NCBI RefSeq assembly: GCF_024502345.1
Contig: NZ_JALDNN010000001.1
DNA: 64,000 nt
Origin: Escherichia coli
Lineage (GTDB): Bacteria; Pseudomonadota; Gammaproteobacteria; Enterobacterales; Enterobacteriaceae
Direction: 5' to 3' (one strand)
A program made the translations under genes and the position numbers. Under the pieces are notes generated by a model. That model ran no database searches. It was not told the DNA's origin and worked only from the letters and a program-made list of their open reading frames with translations. This document shows positions 55,559 to 64,000 of the stretch, piece after piece. Each line of letters opens with the position of its first letter. Position 1 is the first letter of the stretch.

Positions 55559-57700
55559 TTATCCCGCCATTTTTAGGACTCGTACGCGGTAAACGCCGTC
55601 TTCGTCCTGTTTCGCGCCGTGAATATCCGTTTCAAAACCGGGGTAATGTTGCCCTACGGAACAAAGCATCAGTAGAAAATCGAGTACTGTGCGGCTCTCT
55701 TTGGTCAGCATTTCTCCAGGCATCAACAGCGGTACGCCAGGAGGATAAGGCAGGATCATATTTGCCGATACTCTACCGACCAGTTGTTCCAGCGCAATGG
55801 TTTCTACTTCACCTTTAATCTGTCTCTGCCATGCCTGATGTGGCGTCATGATCATTTCCGGCAAAGTATCGAATGCCCGCAACATCAAACCGGGAAGATC
55901 GTGTTTACGAATCAGCTTATGGATCCCTTGCGCCAGATCCTGAATACGCATATTGCGGTAGAAATCGGGATCTTCTGCGTACAGATCCGGAAGCATATTT
56001 TTGATTCGCAGATTGAGATCGTAAGAGCGTTTAAATTCCGTCAACCCACGCAATAATCCCATTGCTTTGGTTTTATCGATGCCAATACTAAAGAGAAACA
56101 GCAGGTTATATGGGCCGGTTTTCTCTACCACGATCCCACGCTCATCGAGGAACTTCGCCACCAGCGCCGCCGGGATCCCCTCCTCGCTCATATTGCCCTG
56201 CTCGTCCATCCCCGGCGTCAAAATAGTGACTTTAACCGGATCGAGAAACATATGATCGGCATCCGCATCGTTAAAGCCGTGCCACTGTTCGTCAGGCGCA
56301 ACGGGCCAGCATTCGGCTTCATCCACCTGCGGCGGTTGCCAGATATCGAAAAACCAACCGTCAGACTCTTCCCGCAACCGCTGGACCTCTTTGCGAAAAT
56401 GCAGCGCCCGCTCCACCGAACGGTTAATCAGCCGTTTGCCCGGATTACCACGCAGCATCGCCGCCGCCGTCTCAACCGAAGCAACAATGGGATAACTGGG
56501 CGAGGTGGTGGTATGCATCATAAAGGCTTCGTTAAAGGCCTCTTCGTCATACTCGCCTTTAATGTGGATCAGCGAAGCCTGCGATAACGCCGCCAGCATT
56601 TTGTGGGTCGATTGCGTTTCGAAGATCACTTTTCCCGCAACACGCTCGCCGCTCATACCACTTTTACCCTGGTAGATCGGATGAAAATGGGTGTACGGCA
56701 CCCAGGCAGAATCGAAGTGAATCGACGGGACATCCAGCGTCTGTTTGATCCAGTCGGTGTTGTAGAGCAAGCCATCATAGGTGGAGTTGGTGATCACCGC
56801 ATGAACCGGCCATTGTGCTTGCGTGGTGGCAGCGACTTTCTCTTCGATGCTGTCGCGAGTAAATTCACGGCGCGGGATCCCACCCAGAATCCCCAACGCA
56901 TTACGCGTCGGTTTCAGCCAGACTGGCACTACATCGTTCATCATCAACAGATGCGCCAGCGATTTATGACAATTGCGGTCAATCAACAGCGTACTGCCGG
57001 ATGGCGCGGCGTACATACCCACAATTTTGTTCGACGTCGATGTTCCGTTGGTAACGATATAACTCTGTTCCGCGCCAAAAGTCCGCGCGATGTATTCTTC
57101 CGCTTCCAGGTGTGGCCCGGTGTGGTCGAGCAACGAACCAAGCTCGGTGACCGAAATAGAGACATCAGCCTTAAGGGTATTCCCGCCGAAAAAGTCATAA
57201 AACAGACAGCCAACCGGGCTTTTTTGATATGCGGTGCCGCCCATATGACCCGGCGTACAAAAGGTGTACTTCCGCTCTTTGACGTAGGTAAACAAGGCTT
57301 TCGTGAACGGTGGGGTAATGTTATCAAGATATTCGTCGGTGTACTGACGCATACGAATGGCGATATCTTCCGCCTGCCCCAGCGCATATTCAAAAAACCA
57401 GAGCGCCATCCGCATATCCTGCACGCTGACATCCATCGTCGAGTGGGTGTTGATGAAGGCATAAAGCGGGAGATATTCATTAAGCTGATTGATATCGCTA
57501 CATAAATCGAGACTGTACTCATCCCAGTCAAAAATCACGCCGCAAATTCGAGGGTTATGTTCGATAAATTTCAGCAAATCAACGCTGTTTTGTGGCCAGA
57601 TAATCTGAAAGCCTTGCGCCACCAGCGCCGACTCCAGTTCTTTGATGGGCTCATCTTTATAAAAGACGCCATGCGGTCCCATAATGGCAATGATGTTCAT
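55559..57700 (-). CDS. ldcC: Lysine decarboxylase, constitutive
   Basis: 713 aa, MNIIAIMGPHGVFYKDEPIKELE... PLP-lysine region STHKML. Located between yaeR and accA. Confidence 0.96.
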   Translation of the reverse strand: MNIIAIMGPHGVFYKDEPIKELESALVAQGFQIIWPQNSVDLLKFIEHNPRICGVIFDWDEYSLDLCSDINQLNEYLPLYAFINTHSTMDVSVQDMRMALWFFEYALGQAEDIAIRMRQYTDEYLDNITPPFTKALFTYVKERKYTFCTPGHMGGTAYQKSPVGCLFYDFFGGNTLKADVSISVTELGSLLDHTGPHLEAEEYIARTFGAEQSYIVTNGTSTSNKIVGMYAAPSGSTLLIDRNCHKSLAHLLMMNDVVPVWLKPTRNALGILGGIPRREFTRDSIEEKVAATTQAQWPVHAVITNSTYDGLLYNTDWIKQTLDVPSIHFDSAWVPYTHFHPIYQGKSGMSGERVAGKVIFETQSTHKMLAALSQASLIHIKGEYDEEAFNEAFMMHTTTSPSYPIVASVETAAAMLRGNPGKRLINRSVERALHFRKEVQRLREESDGWFFDIWQPPQVDEAECWPVAPDEQWHGFNDADADHMFLDPVKVTILTPGMDEQGNMSEEGIPAALVAKFLDERGIVVEKTGPYNLLFLFSIGIDKTKAMGLLRGLTEFKRSYDLNLRIKNMLPDLYAEDPDFYRNMRIQDLAQGIHKLIRKHDLPGLMLRAFDTLPEMIMTPHQAWQRQIKGEVETIALEQLVGRVSANMILPYPPGVPLLMPGEMLTKESRTVLDFLLMLCSVGQHYPGFETDIHGAKQDEDGVYRVRVLKMAG

Positions 57701-57798
57701 GTGTTCCTCCTGGAAAATCCTTCCTTAATCATAGCCTGCTCAAACCGTGGCGATAAAAAAGGGCCACCGAAGTGACCCTTTTTCAGAACTTTTGCGAA

Positions 57799-58758
57799 TT
57801 ACGCGTAACCGTAGCTCATCAGGCGCTGATAACGACGATTTTTTAAATCTTCAGTGCTTAACACGTCGAGATCGGCCAGATCCGCCAGCAGTTGCGCTTT
57901 CAACGATGCCGCCATCGCTTCCGGGTTACGGTGAGCGCCGCCCAGCGGTTCCGGGATGATGGAGTCGATCAGTTTCAGCTCTTTCAGACGCGGAGCGATG
58001 ATACCCATCGCTTCAGCCGCCAGCGGCGCTTTGTCGGCGCTCTTCCACAGAATGGACGCACAACCTTCCGGCGAGATAACGGAATAGGTGCTGTATTGCA
58101 GCATATTCACTTTATCGCCCACGCCAATCGCCAGCGCACCGCCAGAACCACCTTCACCGATAACCGTACAAACTACCGGTACGCCGAGGCGAGACATTTC
58201 ACGCAGGTTGCGTGCAATGGCTTCAGACTGACCACGCTCTTCTGCGCCCACGCCAGGATAAGCCCCCGGGGTGTCGATAAAGGTGATGATAGGCATCTTA
58301 AAGCGTTCAGCCATTTGCATCAGACGCAGTGCTTTGCGGTAACCTTCTGGCGCTGGCATACCAAAGTTACGGCGAATTTTTTCTTTGGTTTCACGACCTT
58401 TTTGATGGCCAATGATCATCACCGGACGACCATCGAGACGGGCGATACCACCGACGATAGCTTTATCGTCTGCATACGCGCGGTCGCCAGCCAGTTCGTC
58501 AAATTCATCAAATGCCAGGCGAACGTAATCCAGGGTATAAGGACGCTGTGGATGACGTGCCAGTTGCGCAATCTGCCATGCACCGAGATCGGCGAAGATT
58601 TTACGCGTCAGTTCTACGCTTTTTTCACGCAGACGATGCACTTCTTCATCGATGTTAATATCCAGTTTCTCATCCTGACGGCTAACCGCAGTCAGAGAAT
58701 CGATTTTCGCTTCCAGCTCTGCAATCGGCTGTTCAAAATCAAGGAAATTCAGACTCAT
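57799..58758 (-). CDS. accA: Acetyl-CoA carboxylase carboxyltransferase alpha subunit
   Basis: 319 aa, [22 protein letters not shown]... Confidence 0.97.
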   Translation of the reverse strand: MSLNFLDFEQPIAELEAKIDSLTAVSRQDEKLDINIDEEVHRLREKSVELTRKIFADLGAWQIAQLARHPQRPYTLDYVRLAFDEFDELAGDRAYADDKAIVGGIARLDGRPVMIIGHQKGRETKEKIRRNFGMPAPEGYRKALRLMQMAERFKMPIITFIDTPGAYPGVGAEERGQSEAIARNLREMSRLGVPVVCTVIGEGGSGGALAIGVGDKVNMLQYSTYSVISPEGCASILWKSADKAPLAAEAMGIIAPRLKELKLIDSIIPEPLGGAHRNPEAMAASLKAQLLADLADLDVLSTEDLKNRRYQRLMSYGYA

Positions 58759-58770
58759 AGTATTCCTGTA

Positions 58771-61700
58771 TTAGTCAAACTCCAGTTCCACCTGCTCCGA
58801 ACCAATGAGGCCACGGAGATCGTTTAATAAACGATCGCTCGGAGAGACACGCCACGTCGCTCCAAAACGCAACCGCGCGCGTGCATCCGCCCTCTGATAG
58901 TAGAGATGTACTGGAATTGTCCCAGAGCGGTGGGGTTCCAGAGACTGACGGAGTCGGTTTAAAAGCTGGTCATCAATTTGCCTGTCCGTCAGCGAGATAG
59001 CAAGCCCGCGAGCATATTTTTCCCGGGCTTCGTCAATATCCATCACTTCGCGAGCGGTCATTTTAAGCCCACCGCTGAAGTCATCAAAGCTGACCTGTCC
59101 GCTGACGATAAGTATGCGGTCTTTTTCCAGCAATTGCTGGTATTTATCCAGGGCGTCAGTAAACAACATCACTTCCAGCCGCCCGGAACGGTCATCCAGC
59201 GTGCAGATACCGATACGATTGCCGCGCTTGGTGACCATAACCCGCGCGGCAACAACGAGCCCCGCAGCCGTGATGACTTTACCACGTTCTGTCGGGTGCA
59301 TGTCTTTCAGCCTTACGCCTCCGACATAACGCTCAATCTCTTTTAAATACTGGTTGATAGGGTGTCCCGTCAGGTACAGACCTAACGTTTCACGTTCCCC
59401 ATCTAATACCACCTGCTCCGGCCACGGTTGGCAGCTGGCGTAGGATTGTTCAATTTGTTCCGGCTCTTCGGCCAGCACGCCGAACATATCGGCCTGACCG
59501 ATAGCTTCCGCTTTCGCGTGTTGATCTGCCGCTTTTAACGCATCGCCCAGCGAGTTCATCAGTGCCGCGCGGTGTGGCCCAAGACGGTCAAACGCCCCGG
59601 ACATAATCAGTTTTTCCAGCACTCGCCGGTTTAACTTTTTGGTGTCGGTTCGGGCGCAGAGATCAAACAGTTCGCGGAAGTAGCCGCCTTTATTACGGGC
59701 TTCGATGATCGCCTCAATCGGACCTTCACCTACCCCTTTGATCGCGCCAATACCATACACGATTTCGCCGTCGTCGTTGACGTGGAAATGGTAAAGACCG
59801 GAGTTTATATCTGGTGGCAGGATTTTCAGCCCCATCCGCCAGCACTCATCCACCAGGCCCACCACCTTCTCGGTGTTGTCCATATCGGCGGTCATTACCG
59901 CCGCCATAAACTCCGCCGGATAGTGCGCTTTCAGCCATAACGTTTGATATGACACCAAAGCATAGGCCGCAGAGTGCGATTTGTTAAATCCGTAACCAGC
60001 GAATTTCTCCACCAGGTCGAAGATTTTCATCGCCAGTTCGGCGTTGATTCCGTTCTTTTCTGCACCTTCAGCAAATACAGAACGCTGCTTCGCCATCTCT
60101 TCCGGCTTTTTCTTACCCATCGCACGACGCAGCATATCCGCGCCACCGAGGGTATAACCAGAAAGCACCTGCGCAATCTGCATGACCTGTTCCTGATACA
60201 GGATGATGCCGTAGGTTGGCTCCAGTACCGGTTTCAGGCTTTCATGCTGCCACTGCACGTCCGGATAGGAGATCTCTTCGCGACCATGTTTACGGTCAAT
60301 AAAGTTATCCACCATCCCTGACTGCAACGGACCAGGGCGGAACAGTGCCACCAGTGCGATCATATCTTCGAAGCAGTCAGGTTGCAGACGCTTGATCAGG
60401 TCCTTCATGCCGCGCGATTCAAGCTGGAATACCGCCGTGGTTTCCGAGCGTTGCAGCATGTCGAAGCTTTTCTTGTCATCCAGCGGGATCGCGGCGATAT
60501 CCAGCGGCGGCTCGCCATTCTTCGCCCGCCGCTTGTTGATCATCTCCAGCGCCCAGTTGATGATGGTGAGCGTACGCAAACCAAGGAAGTCGAACTTCAC
60601 CAGTCCGGCGTATTCAACGTCGCTTTTATCAAACTGGGTGACCGGATGTTTGCCCTCTTCATCGCAATAAAGCGGCGCAAAATCGGTAATTTTGGTCGGC
60701 GCGATAACCACCCCACCGGCGTGCTTACCGGCGTTACGGGTGACCCCTTCCAGTTTGCGCGCCATGTCGATCAGCGCCTTAACTTCTTCATCCGCTTCGT
60801 AGATTTCCGGCAGCTGCGGCTCGGCTTCAAACGCTTTCGCCAGCGTCATCCCCGGATCGGGCGGGATCAGTTTCGAGATACGATCGACAAAGCCGTACGG
60901 ATGCCCCAGCACGCGGCCTACGTCGCGGATCACCGCTTTCGCCGCCATTGTACCGAAGGTGATGATCTGCGATACCGCATCACGACCGTACATGTCCGCT
61001 ACGTGCTCGATAACCTGATCGCGTTTCTCCATACAGAAGTCAACGTCGAAGTCAGGCATGGAGACACGTTCCGGGTTAAGGAAACGTTCGAACAGCAGGT
61101 CAAATTCCAGCGGATCGAGGTCGGTGATTTTCAGCGCGTAGGCCACCAGTGAACCCGCACCGGAGCCACGGCCTGGCCCTACCGGTACGCCGTTATCTTT
61201 CGACCACTGGATAAATTCCATAACGATGAGGAAGTAGCCCGGGAAGCCCATCTGGTTGATAACCTGAAGTTCAGTCTCCAGACGTTCGTCATATTCCGGG
61301 CGGCGCTTAACACGTTCTTCCTCGTCAGGGAATAAAAAGGCCAGACGCTCTTCCAGGCCCTCTTTTGCACGCTTGACCAGATAATCTTCGGTGCTCATGT
61401 CCCCGGTCGGGAACTGCGGCAGGAAGTATTCACCAAGACGCACGGTTACGTTACAGCGTTTGGCGATCTCAACGGTGTTGGCAAGAGCTTCGGGGATGTC
61501 GGCAAACAGCTCACACATCTCCTCTTCGCTACGCATATATTGCTGCGGCGAATAGTTACGCGGGCGTTTAGGATCGTCGAGGGTAAAGCCGTCGTGGATC
61601 GCGACGCGGATTTCGTGTGCGTCAAAGTCGCTGCTGTCGATAAAGCGCACGTCGTTGGTCGCCACGACGGGCAAACCGCGCGCTTCCGCCAGTTCCACCG

Positions 61701-62253
61701 CCGCGTGCAGATAGCTTTCTTCGTCCGGCCTGCCGGTGCGGATCAGCTCGAGAAAATAGCGATCCGGGAAGTGTTCTTCATAAAACGCGACACACTCATC
61801 TACCAGCGCGCTGTTACCACGCAAAAGACTGCGTCCGACGTCGCCCATGCGTCCGCCGGAAAGAAGGATCAACCCTTCGTTTAATTCGATAAGCCAGTCG
61901 CGATCGATGATCGGCCCGGCGGCACCGTACCCGCGCTGATACGCTTTTGAGATCAGCAACGTCAGATTCTGATAGCCGGTATTGTTCGCCGCCAGTACCG
62001 TCAGGTGGGTTAACTCATCACCCAGCAGGTCGCACTGGACGTTAAAATCTGCCCCGACGATAGGCTTAATCCCTGCGCCATGTCCCGCTCCGTAGAACTT
62101 CACCAGACCACAAAGGTTGGTGAAATCGGTGATCGCCAGTGCTGGCATACCCAACGCCGCCGCCTTTTTTACCAACGGTGCGGTTTTGGCCAGGCCATCG
62201 ATCATCGAGTAGTCGCTGTGCACCCGCAGGTGTACGAAACGTGGTTCAGACAT
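58771..62253 (-). CDS. dnaE: DNA polymerase III alpha subunit
   Basis: 1160 aa, [20 protein letters not shown]... (PHP domain), colinear with K-12 DnaE. Confidence 0.98.
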   Translation of the reverse strand: MSEPRFVHLRVHSDYSMIDGLAKTAPLVKKAAALGMPALAITDFTNLCGLVKFYGAGHGAGIKPIVGADFNVQCDLLGDELTHLTVLAANNTGYQNLTLLISKAYQRGYGAAGPIIDRDWLIELNEGLILLSGGRMGDVGRSLLRGNSALVDECVAFYEEHFPDRYFLELIRTGRPDEESYLHAAVELAEARGLPVVATNDVRFIDSSDFDAHEIRVAIHDGFTLDDPKRPRNYSPQQYMRSEEEMCELFADIPEALANTVEIAKRCNVTVRLGEYFLPQFPTGDMSTEDYLVKRAKEGLEERLAFLFPDEEERVKRRPEYDERLETELQVINQMGFPGYFLIVMEFIQWSKDNGVPVGPGRGSGAGSLVAYALKITDLDPLEFDLLFERFLNPERVSMPDFDVDFCMEKRDQVIEHVADMYGRDAVSQIITFGTMAAKAVIRDVGRVLGHPYGFVDRISKLIPPDPGMTLAKAFEAEPQLPEIYEADEEVKALIDMARKLEGVTRNAGKHAGGVVIAPTKITDFAPLYCDEEGKHPVTQFDKSDVEYAGLVKFDFLGLRTLTIINWALEMINKRRAKNGEPPLDIAAIPLDDKKSFDMLQRSETTAVFQLESRGMKDLIKRLQPDCFEDMIALVALFRPGPLQSGMVDNFIDRKHGREEISYPDVQWQHESLKPVLEPTYGIILYQEQVMQIAQVLSGYTLGGADMLRRAMGKKKPEEMAKQRSVFAEGAEKNGINAELAMKIFDLVEKFAGYGFNKSHSAAYALVSYQTLWLKAHYPAEFMAAVMTADMDNTEKVVGLVDECWRMGLKILPPDINSGLYHFHVNDDGEIVYGIGAIKGVGEGPIEAIIEARNKGGYFRELFDLCARTDTKKLNRRVLEKLIMSGAFDRLGPHRAALMNSLGDALKAADQHAKAEAIGQADMFGVLAEEPEQIEQSYASCQPWPEQVVLDGERETLGLYLTGHPINQYLKEIERYVGGVRLKDMHPTERGKVITAAGLVVAARVMVTKRGNRIGICTLDDRSGRLEVMLFTDALDKYQQLLEKDRILIVSGQVSFDDFSGGLKMTAREVMDIDEAREKYARGLAISLTDRQIDDQLLNRLRQSLEPHRSGTIPVHLYYQRADARARLRFGATWRVSPSDRLLNDLRGLIGSEQVELEFD

Positions 62254-62289
62254 CTTCAGATTCCGGTTTACTTAATCTCGACACAAGAA

Positions 62290-62886
62290 TCAGGACGCAA
62301 GTCCCAGTGCGCGTTTGACAGGCCCAAAGCTGCGCCGATGGTGTTCGGTCGCGCCGTGTTCAGCCAGTTTTTCCAGATGAAAAGCGGTTGGGTACCCTTT
62401 GTGTTGGGCAAAACCATATTGCGGGAAAACAATATCCAGCGCCGCCATTTCGGCGTCACGCGTCACTTTCGCCAGGATAGACGCGGCACTGATTTCCGGT
62501 ACGCGGCTATCGCCTTTCACCACAGCCATCGCAGGCATCGGTAATTTCGGGCAGCGGTTACCATCAATCAACACATATTCCGGCGCAATATGCAGCCCAG
62601 CGACGGCACGCTGCATCGCCAGCATGGTCGCATGAAGAATGTTCAGCTCGTCGATTTCGTGGGGTTCCGCGCGGCCCAGACTCCAGCTCAACGCTTTCTC
62701 TTTGATCTCTTCATAGAGCGCCAGACGGCGTTTTTCGCTCAGCTTTTTGGAATCATTCAGCCCGGCAATCGGGCGCGCCGGGTCAAGGATCACCGCAGCG
62801 GTGACGACCGCGCCAACTAACGGCCCGCGTCCGACTTCATCCACACCCGCAACCAGCTGCGTGTGCGGATAAACAAATTCGATCAT
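62290..62886 (-). CDS. rnhB: Ribonuclease HII
   Basis: 198 aa, [28 protein letters not shown]... Confidence 0.97.
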
Positions 62887-64000
62887 TGTGCTAACTCCAG
62901 AACGGCTTGTGCCGCCTGCTCATCGGCATTGCAGCGGATCTGCTGATGCAGTTCACGGAAGGTATCGTGCATCGCGTGGCTGGTTTTCCCGTTCGCCAAC
63001 AGCGGTAACAGCGCCGCAGCCAGTTTTTGCGGCTCACACTCTCCCTGCAATAATTCTTTGACTAACTCTCTGCCCGCCAGCAGATTTGGCAGCGAGACAT
63101 AATCAGTTTTCACCAGCCGCTTCGCCAACCAGAAGGTAAAAGGCTTCATGCGATATCCCACCACCATCGGGCATTTCGCCAGCATACACTCCAGGGCTGC
63201 CGTACCCGACGCCAGTAGCGCCGCATCGCTGGCGACCATCGCCTCACGGCCCATCCCATCCAGCAAATGAACTGAAAGGTCTGGCGCGACTTCAGCTTTG
63301 ATGCGTTCAAACTGCTCGCGGCGTTTGGCATTCACCAGTGGCACCACGATTTCGAGATCCGGATATGTCTGGCGCAAAAGCTGGGCCGTTTTCAGGAAAT
63401 CGGCACTAAGCATTTCAACTTCTGCACCACGGCTCCCCGGTAGCAACGCCAGGCAGTGGGCATCGTGAGGGATCCCCAGCACATCACGGGCGGCATTTTT
63501 ATCTGGATCTAATGGCATGGCATCAGCCATGGTATGACCGATAAAGCGGCACGGTACGTTGTATTTGTCATAAAACGCTTTTTCGAAAGGCAGAAATGCG
63601 AGCACCAGATCGGTGGCTCTGCCTATTTTGAAAACACGTTTCTGTCGCCACGCCCAGACTGACGGACTGACGTAATGAATGGTTTTGATACCCTGCTTTT
63701 TGAGGTTACCTTCAAGAGTAATATTGAAGTCAGGCGCATCAATACCAACAAAAACATCTGGCTTCAGTTCGCCAAAATGCTTTGTCAGATCGGCACGAAT
63801 ATGCAGTAAGCGACGCAGACGACCGAGCACTTCAACAATGCCCATCACCGCCAGTTCTTCCATTTCGTACCAGGCTTCGCAGCCTTCAGCCTGCATTCGT
63901 GGCCCGGCAACACCAACAAAGCGGGCGTTGGGCACATGTTCTTTCAGAGCGCGGATTAAACCGGCCCCCAGGATATCGCCGGAGGTTTCTCCGGCGACCA
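62883..64000 (-). CDS. lpxB: Lipid-A-disaccharide synthase (5' end ~31 nt beyond window)
   Basis: The frame is open to the window edge (...[37 protein letters not shown]...). 4-nt overlap with rnhB. Confidence 0.95.

Noticed and set aside
56603-61152. Long antisense ORFs opposite ldcC (56603-57505), accA (57892-58827) and dnaE (60382-61152)
   Set aside because: The opposite strands encode full-length, colinear K-12 proteins, and the antisense translations have no recognisable features.

Overview
This window is Escherichia coli chromosome, in reverse orientation relative to K-12. The right ~34 kb (30.2-64.0 kb) is ordinary core genome. It runs aspV, dnaQ, rnhA, yafS, gloB, mltD, yafE, yafD, yafC, dkgB, then the complete rrnH operon (16S, tRNA-Ile, tRNA-Ala, 23S, 5S, tRNA-Asp). 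It continues with gmhB, metNIQ, rcsF, tsaA, proS, yaeF, nlpE, arfB, yaeQ, yaeP, rof, tilS, yaeR, ldcC, accA, dnaE, rnhB and lpxB, whose 5' end runs off the window. The left ~30 kb is a nested accessory mosaic abutting the 3' end of tRNA-Asp aspV, in five layers. (i) 24.3-30.1 kb is a decayed CP4-like island module: DUF932, antirestriction, RadC-like, DUF987, CbeA/CbtA toxin-antitoxin, YeeW-like and DUF4942. No integrase is present in the window. (ii) 20.6-24.3 kb is an AT-rich remnant of a type III-like restriction/helicase locus: res with an internal deletion, DUF4391, a 3' gene fragment and two orphan ORFs. (iii) 12.9-20.6 kb is a GC-rich Tn7-family transposition module, tnsABCDE, with a recognisable right end (terminal TGT plus three tandem 20-bp repeats). 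(iv) 11.6-12.9 kb holds IS scars: an IstB fragment, and a 472-bp internally deleted IS66-family element with an 8-bp target duplication. (v) 1-11.6 kb is the GC-rich locus of heat resistance (LHR/tLST): orf1, sHSP20, clpK, cls, truncated ftsH, sHSP, yfdX1, yfdX2, hdeD, orf11 and trx. It continues past the left edge. I found no convincing intact gene system of a wholly new type. The most interesting testable idea is that the LHR lies on the cargo side of the tnsABCDE element and may be Tn7-family cargo. That element is inserted away from glmS, inside an aspV island. All homology calls come from reading the translations and recalled family motifs; no searches were run.
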